A stretch of 64,000 bases of DNA from Hydrolagus affinis (GCA_012026655.1 JAAILG010000682.1:1-64000), one strand, 5' to 3'; counted from the stretch's first letter, positions 40,901-54,042 are shown. The notes: generated by a model not told the origin, from the sequence alone. Translations and numbers: made by a program.

Positions 40901-42435
40901 CTAAGCCTCTCTGTTTTTTTATTGTTCACTATTATAAGTTCACTATTATAACATTTCCTTTTTAGTCTTTCAAGGACCACACCCCTTCCTTGGCTATGTT
41001 CCTACTTCTGATGAGGCTTCTAAAGCCCTTTGCCATTATCCTTTGTTGCCCGCCATGTCTCTTAAGCATCTTAATCTCCCTTTTTGCTTCTCTGCTTGTG
41101 GTATTTTGTCTTTATTACTAGCCCTGTGTTTATCGCATGCTTTTAAGAGTTTATTTTTGACATAAATCTCCCTGTTCATCTATGGCACTCGAGCCCTTGA
41201 TGCAGCTCTTTACTCCTGTTTGGAATGTCAATCGAGCTTTGCGTTTAACCTTTGATAGCAGGCCTTGTTGTGCAGAATGCCATACCTGCAATTTTAATAT
41301 GCTGCATTAGAATTGTTTCCAATTTAATTTGCAATTAAATGCTCAAATTAACTTTTCCATAAGAGAGCTGAAAGGAACTATACATATACTGCATTATTAA
41401 TTATAGGGTAGCATTAGCTAGTTTTAACCCCACCCCTCCATTCAAATTTAAACCAAAGCACATTAAAACAGGAACAACAGTTGCAATAACTCATTTGGAA
41501 TAAGTTTCTTAAGTTTGTAAAAATACAAATTTCTGCATGACTTGATGTAAACAAAAAGTAAAACGGCTTCTCTTCTTGGCTTTACAATGCAACTCACTGT
41601 TCCTCACTGTGTTCTCCTGAAGTCTTCGCTGTCTGACCTTGAAAACTATGATTAACCTCGAATAATGGAACCGAACGGCATTTTAAAATGCTTCAGCAAT
41701 AGATACCTGCCATGTGTTTAGCTTCAAGTACTCCAACTGCAGCATAAAGCAAAGCTTTCACTGGAGACTGCCCGAAGGCCTGACAAGCCAGCATTTGCGA
41801 CTGTTTATATCCAGCTTTCTTTTTAATCTTGTTTCGGCTCCTTAATGGATCAGTTGTCTTATTAACTTCTCCTCTCTTGCCTCTGGGGGACCATCAACCG
41901 GTTCTGATTCAGTGCTCATTGGTGCTGTGAGAATTACTTTACTGTGCTGGGCGTACAACATGGTCGGTGCTTCTCTTCTGGTTTGAAAGTGGAAGTTGCG
42001 AGGACTGTAACAAATCTGCAGAAGGTGTTGAACACCACGTTATTGAGGAAATAGCCGAGGCCAAATGAATTTGTGCACATCTGCAGGCGCACAGTCCTAG
42101 AGGCAGATGGAGAGAGATTTGGAAGGAACCGAATGACGATTCCATTCATTCTTTGTTGCGTTCTGTTCAAGATGAATTACTGCAGCCCTGCTGCTTAAGC
42201 CACTTGTTGCGCGTTTCCCAATCATAAACAGCCCAGACTTCAGGAATAACCTTTTCAAAGCTGTGCTGAAGATGACCATAGGGACAGCTGGAGGAAACTA
42301 ATGTACAATATGTATAAGAAATAAGGTTAAAAGATCACAGTCCTCTCCTTCTCAGTTTTTATATTGTTTTTAATTAAAGTACTATTCATTGAAGAGTTAC
42401 TTTTAAATGATCTGCCTAAGTTCACTCAATACAGT

Positions 42436-42654
42436 GATCCCTTGGCACTTTTCGAAAAGAGAAGGGAGTTTCTCCCAGTGTCCGGGCCAACAAATCCACC
42501 AATAAAATTGAGCACTTACTCTATGACTGTTTGTGGGCATATAGGCCGCTGTTTACTCCTACAAAATATATAATCAATCCACTTTGTAATATATCTTGAA
42601 GTACTTTGAGACATGACAAGGTACTATATCAAAAGCAAGGATCATTTTTATTAT
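42436..42654 (+). mobile_element. DeuSINE (Deu domain and tail)
   Basis: gatcccttggcacttttcgaaaagagaagggagtttctcccagtgtccgggccaaca...ctgtttgtggg...gcaaggatcatt. Confidence 0.7.
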
Positions 42655-43174
42655 AGCTAGTTGGTTTCGTGCTGATTAGTTTCATAGATAGATTGGAAAA
42701 AGAATAAATAAGTCATAAAATGTCGGTGTTGAACAAAGAGATGAAATTGGCGATATTAATCCTATCGAACAATTGCTGGGTCAGGCTATCGCCTCTCGTC
42801 ATCTTGTTCCTTTGACAAGACACCATTTGGAGTATTGGCGTGAAAGTTCTGACACCCAGTAACTGTTTACTCTTTTATCTTTAAACGATGTGGACTTTTT
42901 GTGCTGAGATAAGACTGAATCTAAGCAAAAACTCTTTGAAGAGGCCATCGCAGTTCTATCAGACAAACGATAGCATTCCCAGCTGAACCAACCGGATGAT
43001 TATATCTTGTGACAATACCTAACAGCAACAGATTCTACATCTTTCTCTGACAACAGCACAGCAAACACAGATCAATTGGCAAAATCAATAGGAATGAATT
43101 CCCATTAGTCACCAAAGATCATGTTGATTGATTAATCAGGCTTCTGAGAATCTCAACAGTTTTAAGAATAACTA

Positions 43175-43273
43175 ATAATCCTTGTATTTGATAGTGTGCC
43201 TTTCATGTCTCGAAGACAACACAAAGTGCTGCACAGGATTTACTGTAAAATGTAGTCATTGTGTATTTTGTAG
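43175..43273 (-). mobile_element. DeuSINE-like tail upstream of exon 6
   Basis: aataatccttgtatttgata...gcctttcatgtct...actgtaaa...tattttgtagg. Confidence 0.7.
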
Positions 43274-43308
43274 GCAATATTTTAAATGCTAAAACACTGT
43301 CAAGCCAT

Positions 43309-43329
43309 TGTGTGTGTGTGTGTGTGTGT
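43309..43329. repeat. (TG)n microsatellite near exon 6 acceptor
   Basis: Read directly. Confidence 0.9.
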
Positions 43330-43372
43330 AAAAATACTAAGCAAAATGCCACATTTATTTTCCCCGTCTCAG

Positions 43373-43497
43373 CTCCATCTGCCGTTGGAACCATACAAGC
43401 GAAAGAGATCACAAGACACAGTGTTTCGTTGGCCTGGCCTGAACCTGAGCGCCCGAATGGAGTGATTTTGGAGTACGATATCAAGTACTATGAGAAG
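43373..43497 (+). CDS. EPHA4: EphA4 exon 6 (125 bp): second FN3, first half
   Basis: ccccgtctcag|CT CCA...GAG AAG|gttagt. Translates [42 protein letters not shown]. Confidence 0.97.
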
Positions 43498-44046
43498 GTT
43501 AGTCATTAGACATTACTCAGCATCTGAACTGGTAAATATTTTGCATTTGTATTTTCACCAATTCTCCACTTTTTCCCATTAAAACTTCCCTTTAAGTTCT
43601 AGGGGTGCTATGGATCACGAATGAAGGGGCAATTGCTCTCTACAGATGTGTGTTTAGTAAGCTTATCTCACTATTAGTTGCTGGTGTACTGCTAACGGGA
43701 GAATCTTCAATGGTCCTTCTATTGAAATTTACAGTACAAAAGCACCTCACCATAACAACTTCAGTTGTAACCCACTTTACTTATATTACCTTCTCTGTAA
43801 CATGCTTTCTCAATGGCTCCCTAAAGCAGTTCTTTGTAGGCAATGTCCTGATTACATTGTGTGTTGGGTTTGTGAATGGCTTGATACGGGTATGTGAGGC
43901 AGTAAACACAGGACATCCCTTTCTTCTTTAATACGTGCATATCCTGAAGGGGACATTTTAGTCGATTGATTACCAGCCTATTGTTTTAACTGCACTTCCT
44001 TTCTACACATTATCTCCTCCTTAAGTTGGTTTATATCTTTTCACAG

Positions 44047-44206
44047 GATCAGAACGAACGCAGTTACAGGATTGTTAAAACTCTTCCCAGGAACGCACAC
44101 ATCACGGGGTTAAACCCGCTGACTGCTTACATGTTTCACGTCCGAGCACGAACAGCGGCTGGCTACGGCAAGTTCAGTGCCCCCTTTCAGTTCATAACAA
44201 ACTCAG
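44047..44206 (+). CDS. EPHA4: EphA4 exon 7 (160 bp): second FN3, second half
   Basis: ttttcacag|GAT CAG...TCA G|gtaacc. Translates [12 protein letters not shown]...[24 protein letters not shown]. Confidence 0.97.
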
Positions 44207-44248
44207 GTAACCCAACAGTTCAGCACCATTTCATTCCAGAATATTTTG

Positions 44249-44363
44249 TCTACAAAATATACAGTCAATTCCCGTTACAGAAAACTCTGTGATGCGCTTT
44301 GAGAAGCACTCGAAGATATGATAAGGCACCATTTCAAATGCAATGATTATTATGATTATTATT
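44249..44363 (+). mobile_element. DeuSINE-like tail in intron 7
   Basis: aaatatacagtcaattc...ctgtgatgcgctttgaga...tcaaatgcaatgattattatgattatt. Confidence 0.7.
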
Positions 44364-44544
44364 CTTTACCAATTTGGAAATTGCTTCTTTTGAGAAATAA
44401 ATATTGAATCAAGTCCCAATTTCTCATCCGGAAGTCCGGATGTACTGAAAGTATTTTTGTGGTTGCAATATTTTGTTCATTGTTCCACTGATTATCAAAT
44501 TGAGTGCAGCCTGTTAATAGACTTACTGTTTTTCTCATTTCCAG

Positions 44545-44656
44545 CTCCGTCAGCTATCATAGGAGATGGTGCAAGCCCCACTGTACTCCTTGTGTCAGTG
44601 GCTGGCAGTGCGGTTCTGCTAGTGATTCTAGTGTCAGCTTTCATTATAAGCAGGAG
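44545..44656 (+). CDS. EPHA4: EphA4 exon 8 (112 bp): transmembrane helix
   Basis: atttccag|CT CCG...AGG AG|gtaaga. Translates [38 protein letters not shown]. Confidence 0.96.
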
Positions 44657-47461
44657 GTAAGAGTTCTATGTTCATTCATCTATTTTCTACTCTCGAAAGG
44701 TGCTGAAGATACAGATCCAGGGTCCACTGGTGTCTCACGTATCTGCATAGCTGGGTTATTTAACCCTAAGAATTCACAAAGAATTGTCACTTGCGTGAGT
44801 TACTACTTGCTGGACAGGAAGGAAGGAGGGATTTTTTTGGGGGGTTATAAAGTAAGTCATTATTACTTCCAGGATGTACTTATGTTCAGGAAAGCATAGT
44901 TTCAAAAGGGAGATTCCATGAATGTTTCTCAGAATTCCAAGGCTGTGCTGAATCAGATAACCCACCTCCCTGTGAACCCACCTCGTAAAGACTCAAAATT
45001 TCAATCAAACCTTCAGTCCTCTTCAAGCTTTATCTTCCCAACATCTTCCCAACTTTGGATCAGAGAACTTTTCACAAACGAGAGAGAGAACGTATGTGTT
45101 GTTTACCCTTGAGTTAACAGCTTGGGTGACTCTTATCATCCACAGTGTGGTGCCATGAATATTAATTTCACAGGGATTTTCTAACTCAAAACTGACAGTA
45201 TAATTCAGCGAGACGGCTTTATTAAAAGCTACTGAAATAGGAAATAGTAATAACAAGTTTGATGGTTTAATAACACATCCATTCTCATTGATGACTTTAT
45301 TATTTAAGGCAGGATTGACGGAATGATTCATTGGAATTCTAATTACGAGTTGCCACATAAGAGCATTGAGATTCATTGAGTGTAGAAGATGATAATTCCA
45401 AACTATAAATAATGTCATTTTCAGTCCCTGATAAACAGTATCTGGTGATTCGGCCTCAATAGATCACTGTCAGAAAATGAAACGTCAACCTCTAGCCTCC
45501 TATTGATTTTCTCATCTCCAGACATAAAACTGTCAAAAGAAAGCTCACAGTGGACTAAGCGGTCGGGGACAATTTTACTGATAGTCATTTCTTCCCGAGT
45601 TCAGATATTGTATGCATATCTTTTGTTCAAAGGTGAACTGCTGTTTAGATTGATGAGGATTTGCATTACACTCTGATAAACGTTGGTGCTTGTGAATAGG
45701 GGTACTGTTGTAGATGATGCTAAATCAAAGATAAAAATCTTTTGAATTCTGTTCTGTGCTAGGCTGCTTGAAGGTTTCTTTGTATTTAGGGGATGTCAGT
45801 CTTTAATTTTAGGCAGATCTACCTTTCTCCTCCTACCCCAGGACGAGTGGAAGCAAGACACACTATAATCTCCAATAAGGAGAGAATACAACTGTGGGAG
45901 GGATAGGAATAAACAATTGAATTAGACAATGGTGCACTAGAACATAAGAACATAATGCTTGATGAAAAAAAACCAAGGTACATCAGTTCACCTTCTTGGC
46001 ACTCACATGCACATATGTCCTGCATACCTATTTACTATATCCCATAATGTTATTTCCTATAGAACAAAGTGAACACATTTCACAGTTATAAATAAAATGA
46101 TGGGGCACTAATTTCAACCAGAGTTTGCGGTACTTTCATATCCAAAATATTTAAATGCACCGTGAAGCATTCTTATCGACATTTATACGGTCAGTAGTTT
46201 TTTCAATGAAGACTTTATTCCTTCATAACCCCCTTTAAAAAGTCTGTGTCCAGTTACACAGTCATTACACTTCACCGAAACTTTGCAAAGCGCTTTGAAA
46301 CATTCTCAATGTTAGAAGCGCAAAATTAAATGCTGGTGTTAGTATTATTTATCTTTCTGCCTGTGACTTTGGTTAACCTTAAATTCTCCTGCTTTCCTCC
46401 TACTTAGAGATCGCATTGTTTTATGAAGCACTTTGAAGGCATTCATCATAGAATTTTACAGCATAAAAGACCATCCGGTTCATTTTACTTGTGCAAGGCT
46501 CATTTTCAGTGAAAGGCACCATTTTAAGTACAAGGGTTTAGCTTTTGGTGACAATGGTGTTTCCTCACTAACAAATCTAGATTTCAGCTTGAAATGAAGT
46601 TGGATTTGTGGATCAGAAACGCATGATACTCCTGACCAGATAGAATTCAATTATCTGCTCCTGAATGTGACCCTGCAATTAATCTTTTATCAACATGCTA
46701 GCATAATCAAAGTGAAGACAAAGTAACTTTTGTTTTAAGGAGACCAGATAAAGTGGAAGGCATGACATGCTATCAACTTAGCTGTTTAGCAATCCCGATT
46801 CCCTTTATTCTCCATTATCTCTACTTTTGTGAATGATAATAGGACTAACAACAAAGCGTTGAAGCTTGAAGCACCAACAACTTGGCCACATTGAGTGAAT
46901 CCACAATACATGGCAATAGCCCTTTGTGTCACACTGGGGTAGCTTGCAGAGAATGGCCTATGTGTCTCACCTATAGACCTGCTAGCCTTTCTGACCCCTG
47001 CTGCTTATCAAAGCACTCTCTACCTGCACCCTGTCATTCCACGTAAGCCTTTCTAATTACACAATTCAGCCCATCACAAAGAGCTTCCTTATTCCATTCA
47101 GGCTCAGTCAGGTATGCCATCTCCCAATGTTAATTTATTTTCCAGGTTTCCAACTGGCTATTAGTATTAATTTCCCTTGCTCAATGACTGCCTAATGAGT
47201 TCTCTTGTGTTCACAGTAGTTAATGATACACGGCAGTGTCATGCCTCTGGCAGGGTTCAGCAGGTGACAAGTCATATTGGTAGGAATGGGGAAGAGGGGG
47301 GGTGGGTGGAAAAAATCTAGGCCTATAATTATCAGGCAATAAGGTACAATTGAGTGTTTGAACAGCAAGATGTGGTGCATCCCAGCTAAGCAGGTGGTCC
47401 TGCATTTCTCGATCTCTCCCCATTGTTATCAATCCTCACGCATTATTCACGGTTCCTTCAG

Positions 47462-47526
47462 GCGCAGAAAGTACAGTAAAGCCAAGCAAGAAGCAGACGA
47501 GGAGAAACATCTTCATAATGGACAAG
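47462..47526 (+). CDS. EPHA4: EphA4 exon 9 (65 bp): juxtamembrane
   Basis: ttccttcag|G CGC...CAA G|gtaggt. Translates RRKYSKAKQEADEEKHLHNGQ. Confidence 0.95.
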
Positions 47527-47790
47527 GTAGGTGCAAGTTACCAGAGCCATTTGGGTTTTAAACTTACAGAAGGACGGTGGAGGAATGAACTTTTTAATGC
47601 ATTTGTAGAGTTCATTATAATTAATGATGAGAGGGCTTGGGGATAGCAGAAGGAGAAAATAACACTTCGATTCAGTTCAGAAAACCTAGTAAACTTTGAA
47701 ATTTTAATCTCGATGTGAATTTTTAAAAGTGACGTAAAGCGGAGGTGTCCACAGGTGCTAATGGATATTCATTGAAGACTTCATGTTTGA

Positions 47791-47976
<186 letters not shown>

Positions 47977-47993
47977 TGAGTGGGGTTTGCTGA

Positions 47994-48281
<288 letters not shown>

Positions 48282-48996
48282 TGAAACTGGCAGATGGGGT
48301 CTTCCTGTTGCTGAATAATATGGGAGAACTGTACAGTGCAAGTCGTTCATCTTTGTGACAGAATTAAATGCGTTTACAGTGTAAATTGACATTCTATCCC
48401 TAAGACAGCTTGTAATAGAATTTGCCATGAAATTAATATCTGGATGTATGTAGGCCATGACTTTTTTTTTCCCCCTGAAACTGTGATAGACCGGGCAGGG
48501 TGTCATGGGATAGGTACGAACAGATGGCAAGTAATTTGATACGAGGTGCCAAAACAATTCTTCCACTTCTTCCACCACACCAAAAACTGCTGGCCCGTGA
48601 GAGAATGAGAATGAGAGATGAGCATAAATATTCAAGACAATTGCCTCTTTCATCTATACCTGGAGGCATGCCCAAACCCTTCAAGCCAAAGAAAAACTGT
48701 TCAACTTATTTCCAATCTTTCCCGACTAAATTGGAGGCGATCCAATTTGTTTGCAATAAATGGTGAGAGGTAAATTAAAAATTGGTCATTTACATTTCCA
48801 ATCGGAGGAAGATAATCTCTCAAGCCCTGATGACTGAGTCCTGGCAGACAATGCCTGATAGTATTGGCTGGAGTCACTCCTACCATTTGCTTCTCAAATG
48901 ACCATCATTTAGTAAAGTATTCACCTCAGCTGCTCCTATATTTAATAAACAAAACTTAAAAACGTGAAAAAAGTGTTCCACATGCAATTCAAACTA

Positions 48997-49259
48997 CAAT
49001 TAGTCTTTGCTTAATGTCATAGTTGTGATCTTGAAAAGTGCGACTTTAGGCGACACGGCGTTAAGCGAACCCGCGTCACAATACCTGAAGTTCAGCGTCT
49101 ATATACGCCCACGCTACCCAAAATAGTTTGTTTCCACCCCTGGCAAACGACGTAATAGCGAACGTCGCAACGTTGAATGGATATATGTTCCCCAATGTAT
49201 CAGGAAGGTAATCACGAAATAACGCTGACCGCGATTCAACGTTAAGCAAGGTCTACCTG
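48997..49259. mobile_element. Tigger/pogo-like (Tc1/mariner superfamily) MITE, about 263 bp
   Basis: TA flanks at 48995-96 and 49260-61. Imperfect TIRs caattagtctttgcttaatgt and acgttaagcaaggtctacctg. CpG-rich interior. Confidence 0.75.
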
Positions 49260-49870
49260 TACTTCTTTCTGTGATTTTTATTACTGACGAGAACACAAGC
49301 CCACTCCACTGATAGAACAAAAACTCAGAATACAGCAGAAATTTCATGCAGCATGAATACTGCACTTACATAGCTGCTGTAGTTAGGACTGCCACTTAAG
49401 CACAGTGTATTTAAAGATTCAGTGTAAACCTCGCTTTACATTTTTGTCTTAAAAAAACAACGGAGAAGATGCAACATAGCATTGCCTCCAAACCAGTTTG
49501 AACCAGTTTTCAAGTAAACCAGTTGTCAAATAGTCTGCAAGAAAAACACATCCACAGTCAGCGTGTTATTTCCTGAAAAGGTGCAATTATATGTTCCGGA
49601 GCTTATGTAACTTGAAGTTCAAATTGGGGTTTCCGATATTAACGCTGGACTTTTAAGTTTGGGTTGTGACTGAAAACCAAATGGAAACGCCCTTCTGACC
49701 ACTTAAACTTAAAAATATGCATTTCTGTCCTGTTTCCATGTTTGATCGGACCCAGGAACCTCATTTCATACATGAACTTGACAATATAACCTGCACATGT
49801 AAGGGAGTTATTCAGTGGCCTCCTCTACCATTATTTAGGAACCAATTGCATATACACAGCCTTTGCATAT

Positions 49871-49891
49871 ACACACACACACACACACACA
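49871..49891. repeat. (CA)n microsatellite
   Basis: Read directly. Confidence 0.9.
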
Positions 49892-50301
49892 ATGACTGTC
49901 GCAGTTATCTTTTGTTCCTCAAGACGAGTGACAAAGGCAGAGAAAGCTTATAAGCACGAGTTTGGGCGGCTTAAGAAGGTTGGGTATTTTTCAATGCAGG
50001 ACAGAGACATTGCTATTCATTGGTGATCTGCAGCCTAAAGCATTGTACCCTGGAGACATCGCCAAATTAAACAAGACTTTGCAAATTAAGTCGGTAAGGG
50101 TTAATCTAGCAGATGGAGACTAGCTCGTCAGTCAATAAATCATCTGTGCTACTTGCAGCAGGGATAGAATTTGGGCATTTTTAATTAAATTAGAGCTTTC
50201 AAGATGAATTAATGGACTGCCAGCGTGATTCTCGAGATCTCATTTTCATCTCATTAATGGGAGCTTTTGCCAAGTCATTTTGTTTTCATTTTTACATCTA
50301 G

Positions 50302-50363
50302 GTAAACCAGTAATGATCATAACCGAATACATGGAAAATGGCTCCTTGGACGCATTCCTCAGG
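50302..50363 (+). CDS. EPHA4: EphA4 exon 12 (62 bp): kinase hinge
   Basis: acatctag|GT AAA CCA...CTC AGG|gtaagt. Translates CKPVMIITEYMENGSLDAFLR. Confidence 0.97.
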
Positions 50364-50497
50364 GTAAGTCATCCATCAAGACTTAGAACGAAAAGGCATT
50401 ATTCAGCGGCAGCCACTTTTTCAGATGTGCTGCTCTTTAATTGATCGCTCGCCGCGGCAAGTTCTCAAAATGCAAATGTGATTTGTGGCGTTTCTAG

Positions 50498-50737
<240 letters not shown>

Positions 50738-50833
50738 TGAAAATGCTGTCATAACATTACCAATAATAATGGCACCCAGCATACGGCATGTTAAATGCCA
50801 CATGGAGATCAAAGTACTTTGGTTCCTTGCTGA

Positions 50834-51076
<243 letters not shown>

Positions 51077-51147
51077 TGATGGAGCAAACGTTAAGCATCC
51101 ACACGTGCATGATGGATACAGGTGCAGCAATGTGATCTGAATTATAC

Positions 51148-51345
51148 TAGTATTAATCCTTGCATTGATACAACGCCTTAATTATGCCTTTGAGACTTCT
51201 CACAGCACTTCACAGAATATGCTTTAAAGTGAATTGATTGTGTTTTTTGAGGGCAAAACGTGGCAGCCATTTGTGCACAGCAGTGTCCCATAAGCAGTCG
51301 TGGAGTGAGTGACCCAATTAATATTTATTGATTTGGAGGGATTAT
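51148..51345 (-). mobile_element. DeuSINE-like SINE 3' part in intron 14
   Basis: aatccttgcattgata...cacttcacagaatat...cagcagtgtcccataagcagtcgtgga. Confidence 0.8.
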
Positions 51346-51534
51346 TACCCCGCCCAGAAAAAGCATTCCGCCAATCCACTAACAACCAGCTTCCTTAGGC
51401 CCAATCCAACACCTGGAACTGTGAGGTGTTCACACCCAGCTGTCTTTCCAAGCTGCAAATATTCTCTCAAGAGCCAAAAAAAATGCATTATGTGGATGGT
51501 AATTCTGAATCTAAATTGCATCTTTTCATCACAG

Positions 51535-51731
51535 GTGATTAAAGCCATTGAGGAAGGCTACAGATTACCTCCCCCGATGGACTGCCCAGTCTCCCTCCAC
51601 CAGTTAATGCTGGATTGCTGGCAAAAAGAGCGCAACGACAGACCCAAATTTGTGCAGATTGTAAGCATGCTGGACAAACTCATTCGGAATCCAAACAGCC
51701 TGAAAAGGACAGCGTTAACCGAGAATACAAG
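51535..51731 (+). CDS. EPHA4: EphA4 exon 15 (197 bp): kinase end and linker; probable GC donor
   Basis: tcatcacag|GTG ATT AAA...ACA AG|gcgagt. Translates [18 protein letters not shown]...[15 protein letters not shown]. The 3' boundary is inferred from the phase-2 requirement of exon 16. Confidence 0.9.
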
Positions 51732-53136
51732 GCGAGTATCTGAGCGAGTTTCAGGCATGTGGAAAATGTACAGGTTCTGAGGGTACAGTTCACATTCCTG
51801 TCAGTAACTTGTGTTTTGCTTCACAAGAGGGCTCCTTGGAGATAACATTGTTGTACAGTGTTGCTTCATTTTAATGTCCAGCTATTTCAAAACTATCAAA
51901 ATAGCAGAGTTCGTGGGAACTCACCAATACTTTTCGTCTCAACCAGACGTGGTACTGGTTCTGGCCTATTATGATGAGTCATTAACACGCTCATTTTAAA
52001 TTCTGGAGCCTTTCATAAATTCTTAAAATAAATCCTTATCTTATAAAATGCTTTTAGACCAGTGATACAGTTCAATTTATCTAAAGAATGCTGAGCAGTA
52101 GAAAGGCTCTTGTGTTTTAGCTTTTAATCATCTTGGGTGCTGTTAATTGCCTCATGAGCTCTTAAGCAACAGCATCATCACTTAAAATGTACTTTGTACC
52201 CGAGGAAATGATTGTGGTCACAATCAAACAGTCTTGTTATGGATAGCTTTACAGGACACATGCACACTGTGAGTGCTGTCTCTAAAGTAGTCCTCGAGAA
52301 CTGCTACTGAACATCACTGATAGCACAACCAGGCATTATTGGCCCATTTACATGATTTGAACAGGTAACAATCACCTCGGGGGCTGTTAATGAGTCCGTC
52401 ATCCTCAAAACTGATGGTTTAATTGTGGAAGAATAGTCACCCGGCAAATGTATTCACATGACACTAGTTAATTATTCAAGGAGAATTGCACAAGTTACCC
52501 GGTGAAACGCTTAAACCTGTGAGGGTGCGTGATCTTAATCCCACCTCGGAGCACAGATAATAAATATTTAATCCTGCAGCACATTAGCAACTGAATAGGT
52601 TTTCTCTGTAGAAAAGAATTCTGACCCGTTTTGATTGTAATTTAAATCACGATTTTGTAGTCTGCAAATTAATTTATGGGAGGCTACAATGTTGCAGTGT
52701 ATCACTGCAGTTCTGGATTTACAGGAGTAGATGAGTTGAATCGCTGAACCATCATAACATAGGTCTGAATTTTTTTTTACTGGTGTCAGTGTAACTACTC
52801 AGACCTCAGTGACTCATAAGTAAGACAAACCCACTGGATGAGGTAATAAATTGGAATGCTCGAATTGTGATTTGAGGATAATAACTTCAAGAGATGTCAG
52901 AACTATGTCTTCATTATGTATTTTGGACATGTCAGGTTGCTGAATACCAGTTTGAGAATAATCCAATTGTTTTATATAAGATTCTGAGCGTAGTCCTGAT
53001 CACATCAGAAGCACTACATTCTCAATAGCTCTTTTCCCAGTCATTTTTGGTCAATATACACTACAGTACTTGCTTGAATTGTTTCATGCTTCTCTAATCT
53101 TAGTTTTACTAACAAAAAATATGTATTCTAACACAG

Positions 53137-53292
53137 GCCCTCCACTGCGTTACTTGACCCAGGCACGCCTGATTTCTCCGCGTTGGGTTCTGTGGGAGAC
53201 TGGATTCAGGCTATTAAGATGGACAGATACAAAGATAACTTCACAGCAGCAGGCTATACTTCACTCGAAGCGGTGGTACATATGAACCAAGA
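53137..53292 (+). CDS. EPHA4: EphA4 exon 16 (156 bp): SAM domain, first part
   Basis: ctaacacag|G CCC TCC...CAA GA|gtaagt. Translates [52 protein letters not shown]. Confidence 0.97.
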
Positions 53293-53421
53293 GTAAGTAA
53301 CAAAACAATGTTGTTGGAAGACCAACTTGAGAGTTTCTAAGCATGAGGGTATTTATAGAATTGGATCAGCAGGTGAAACAGAAATCCAGATTCTTGAATT
53401 AGTGAAAGTGAACATTCAATG

Positions 53422-53680
53422 ATAATAATAATAATCCTTGCATTTGATATAGGTCTTTTCATGTCTTCTAAAACGCCTGAAAGTGCTTCACAGAATGTAC
53501 TGGAAAGTGAATTGTCTGTATATTTGTGGGCGAAACGCAGCAGCCAACTGCTCACAGCAGTGTCCCACAAACAGTCATGGATTTAAGTAACCAATTTATT
53601 TTATTTGAGGGATTAATATCAGTCATATGGACTAAGGAAACTTGCCTAAGCTTTCGCCCTGCTTGGAATCAAATCCAGGA
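53422..53680 (-). mobile_element. Near-full-length tRNA-headed Deu-tail SINE in intron 16
   Basis: (ATT)n tail, family core, and B-box-like ggaatcaaatccagg on the reverse strand. Confidence 0.8.
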
Positions 53681-53858
53681 ATAAAGAATAAATTCATCTG
53701 CAAATTTTCTGCAGTTTCCAAAAAGATGTGGAGCTATGTAGAAACTTAGTGACTATTATGATTGCCTGTATTATTGCCATTTTTATAATTAAGCCAGATA
53801 TTTTTCATGCCGAAACAACACCGTTCTGATCTGCGTTTCTCTTATTTCCATCCCACAG

Positions 53859-53973
53859 GGATCTGACCCGAATTGGAATTACAGCAATAGCGCACCAGAA
53901 CAAGTTTCTGAACAGTGTCCAGGGAATGAGAGCCCAGATGCAACAGATGCAGGGGAGAATGGTTCCTGTCTGA
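53859..53973 (+). CDS. EPHA4: EphA4 exon 17 coding part (115 bp): SAM end, PDZ-binding motif, stop
   Basis: tcccacag|G GAT CTG...GTT CCT GTC TGA. Translates [37 protein letters not shown]. Confidence 0.97.
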
Positions 53974-54014
53974 ATCAGTGCAAGAACTCAGTGAAATTAG
54001 TTTACCTCATCCAT

Positions 54015-54042
54015 GCACTTTAACAGAAACAAAATGCACTTT
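54015..54042 (+). promoter_or_regulatory. Two miR-17/20/93/106 family seed matches in proximal 3' UTR
   Basis: GCACTTTA (8mer) at 54015-54022 and GCACTTT (7mer-m8) at 54036-54042. Confidence 0.65.
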
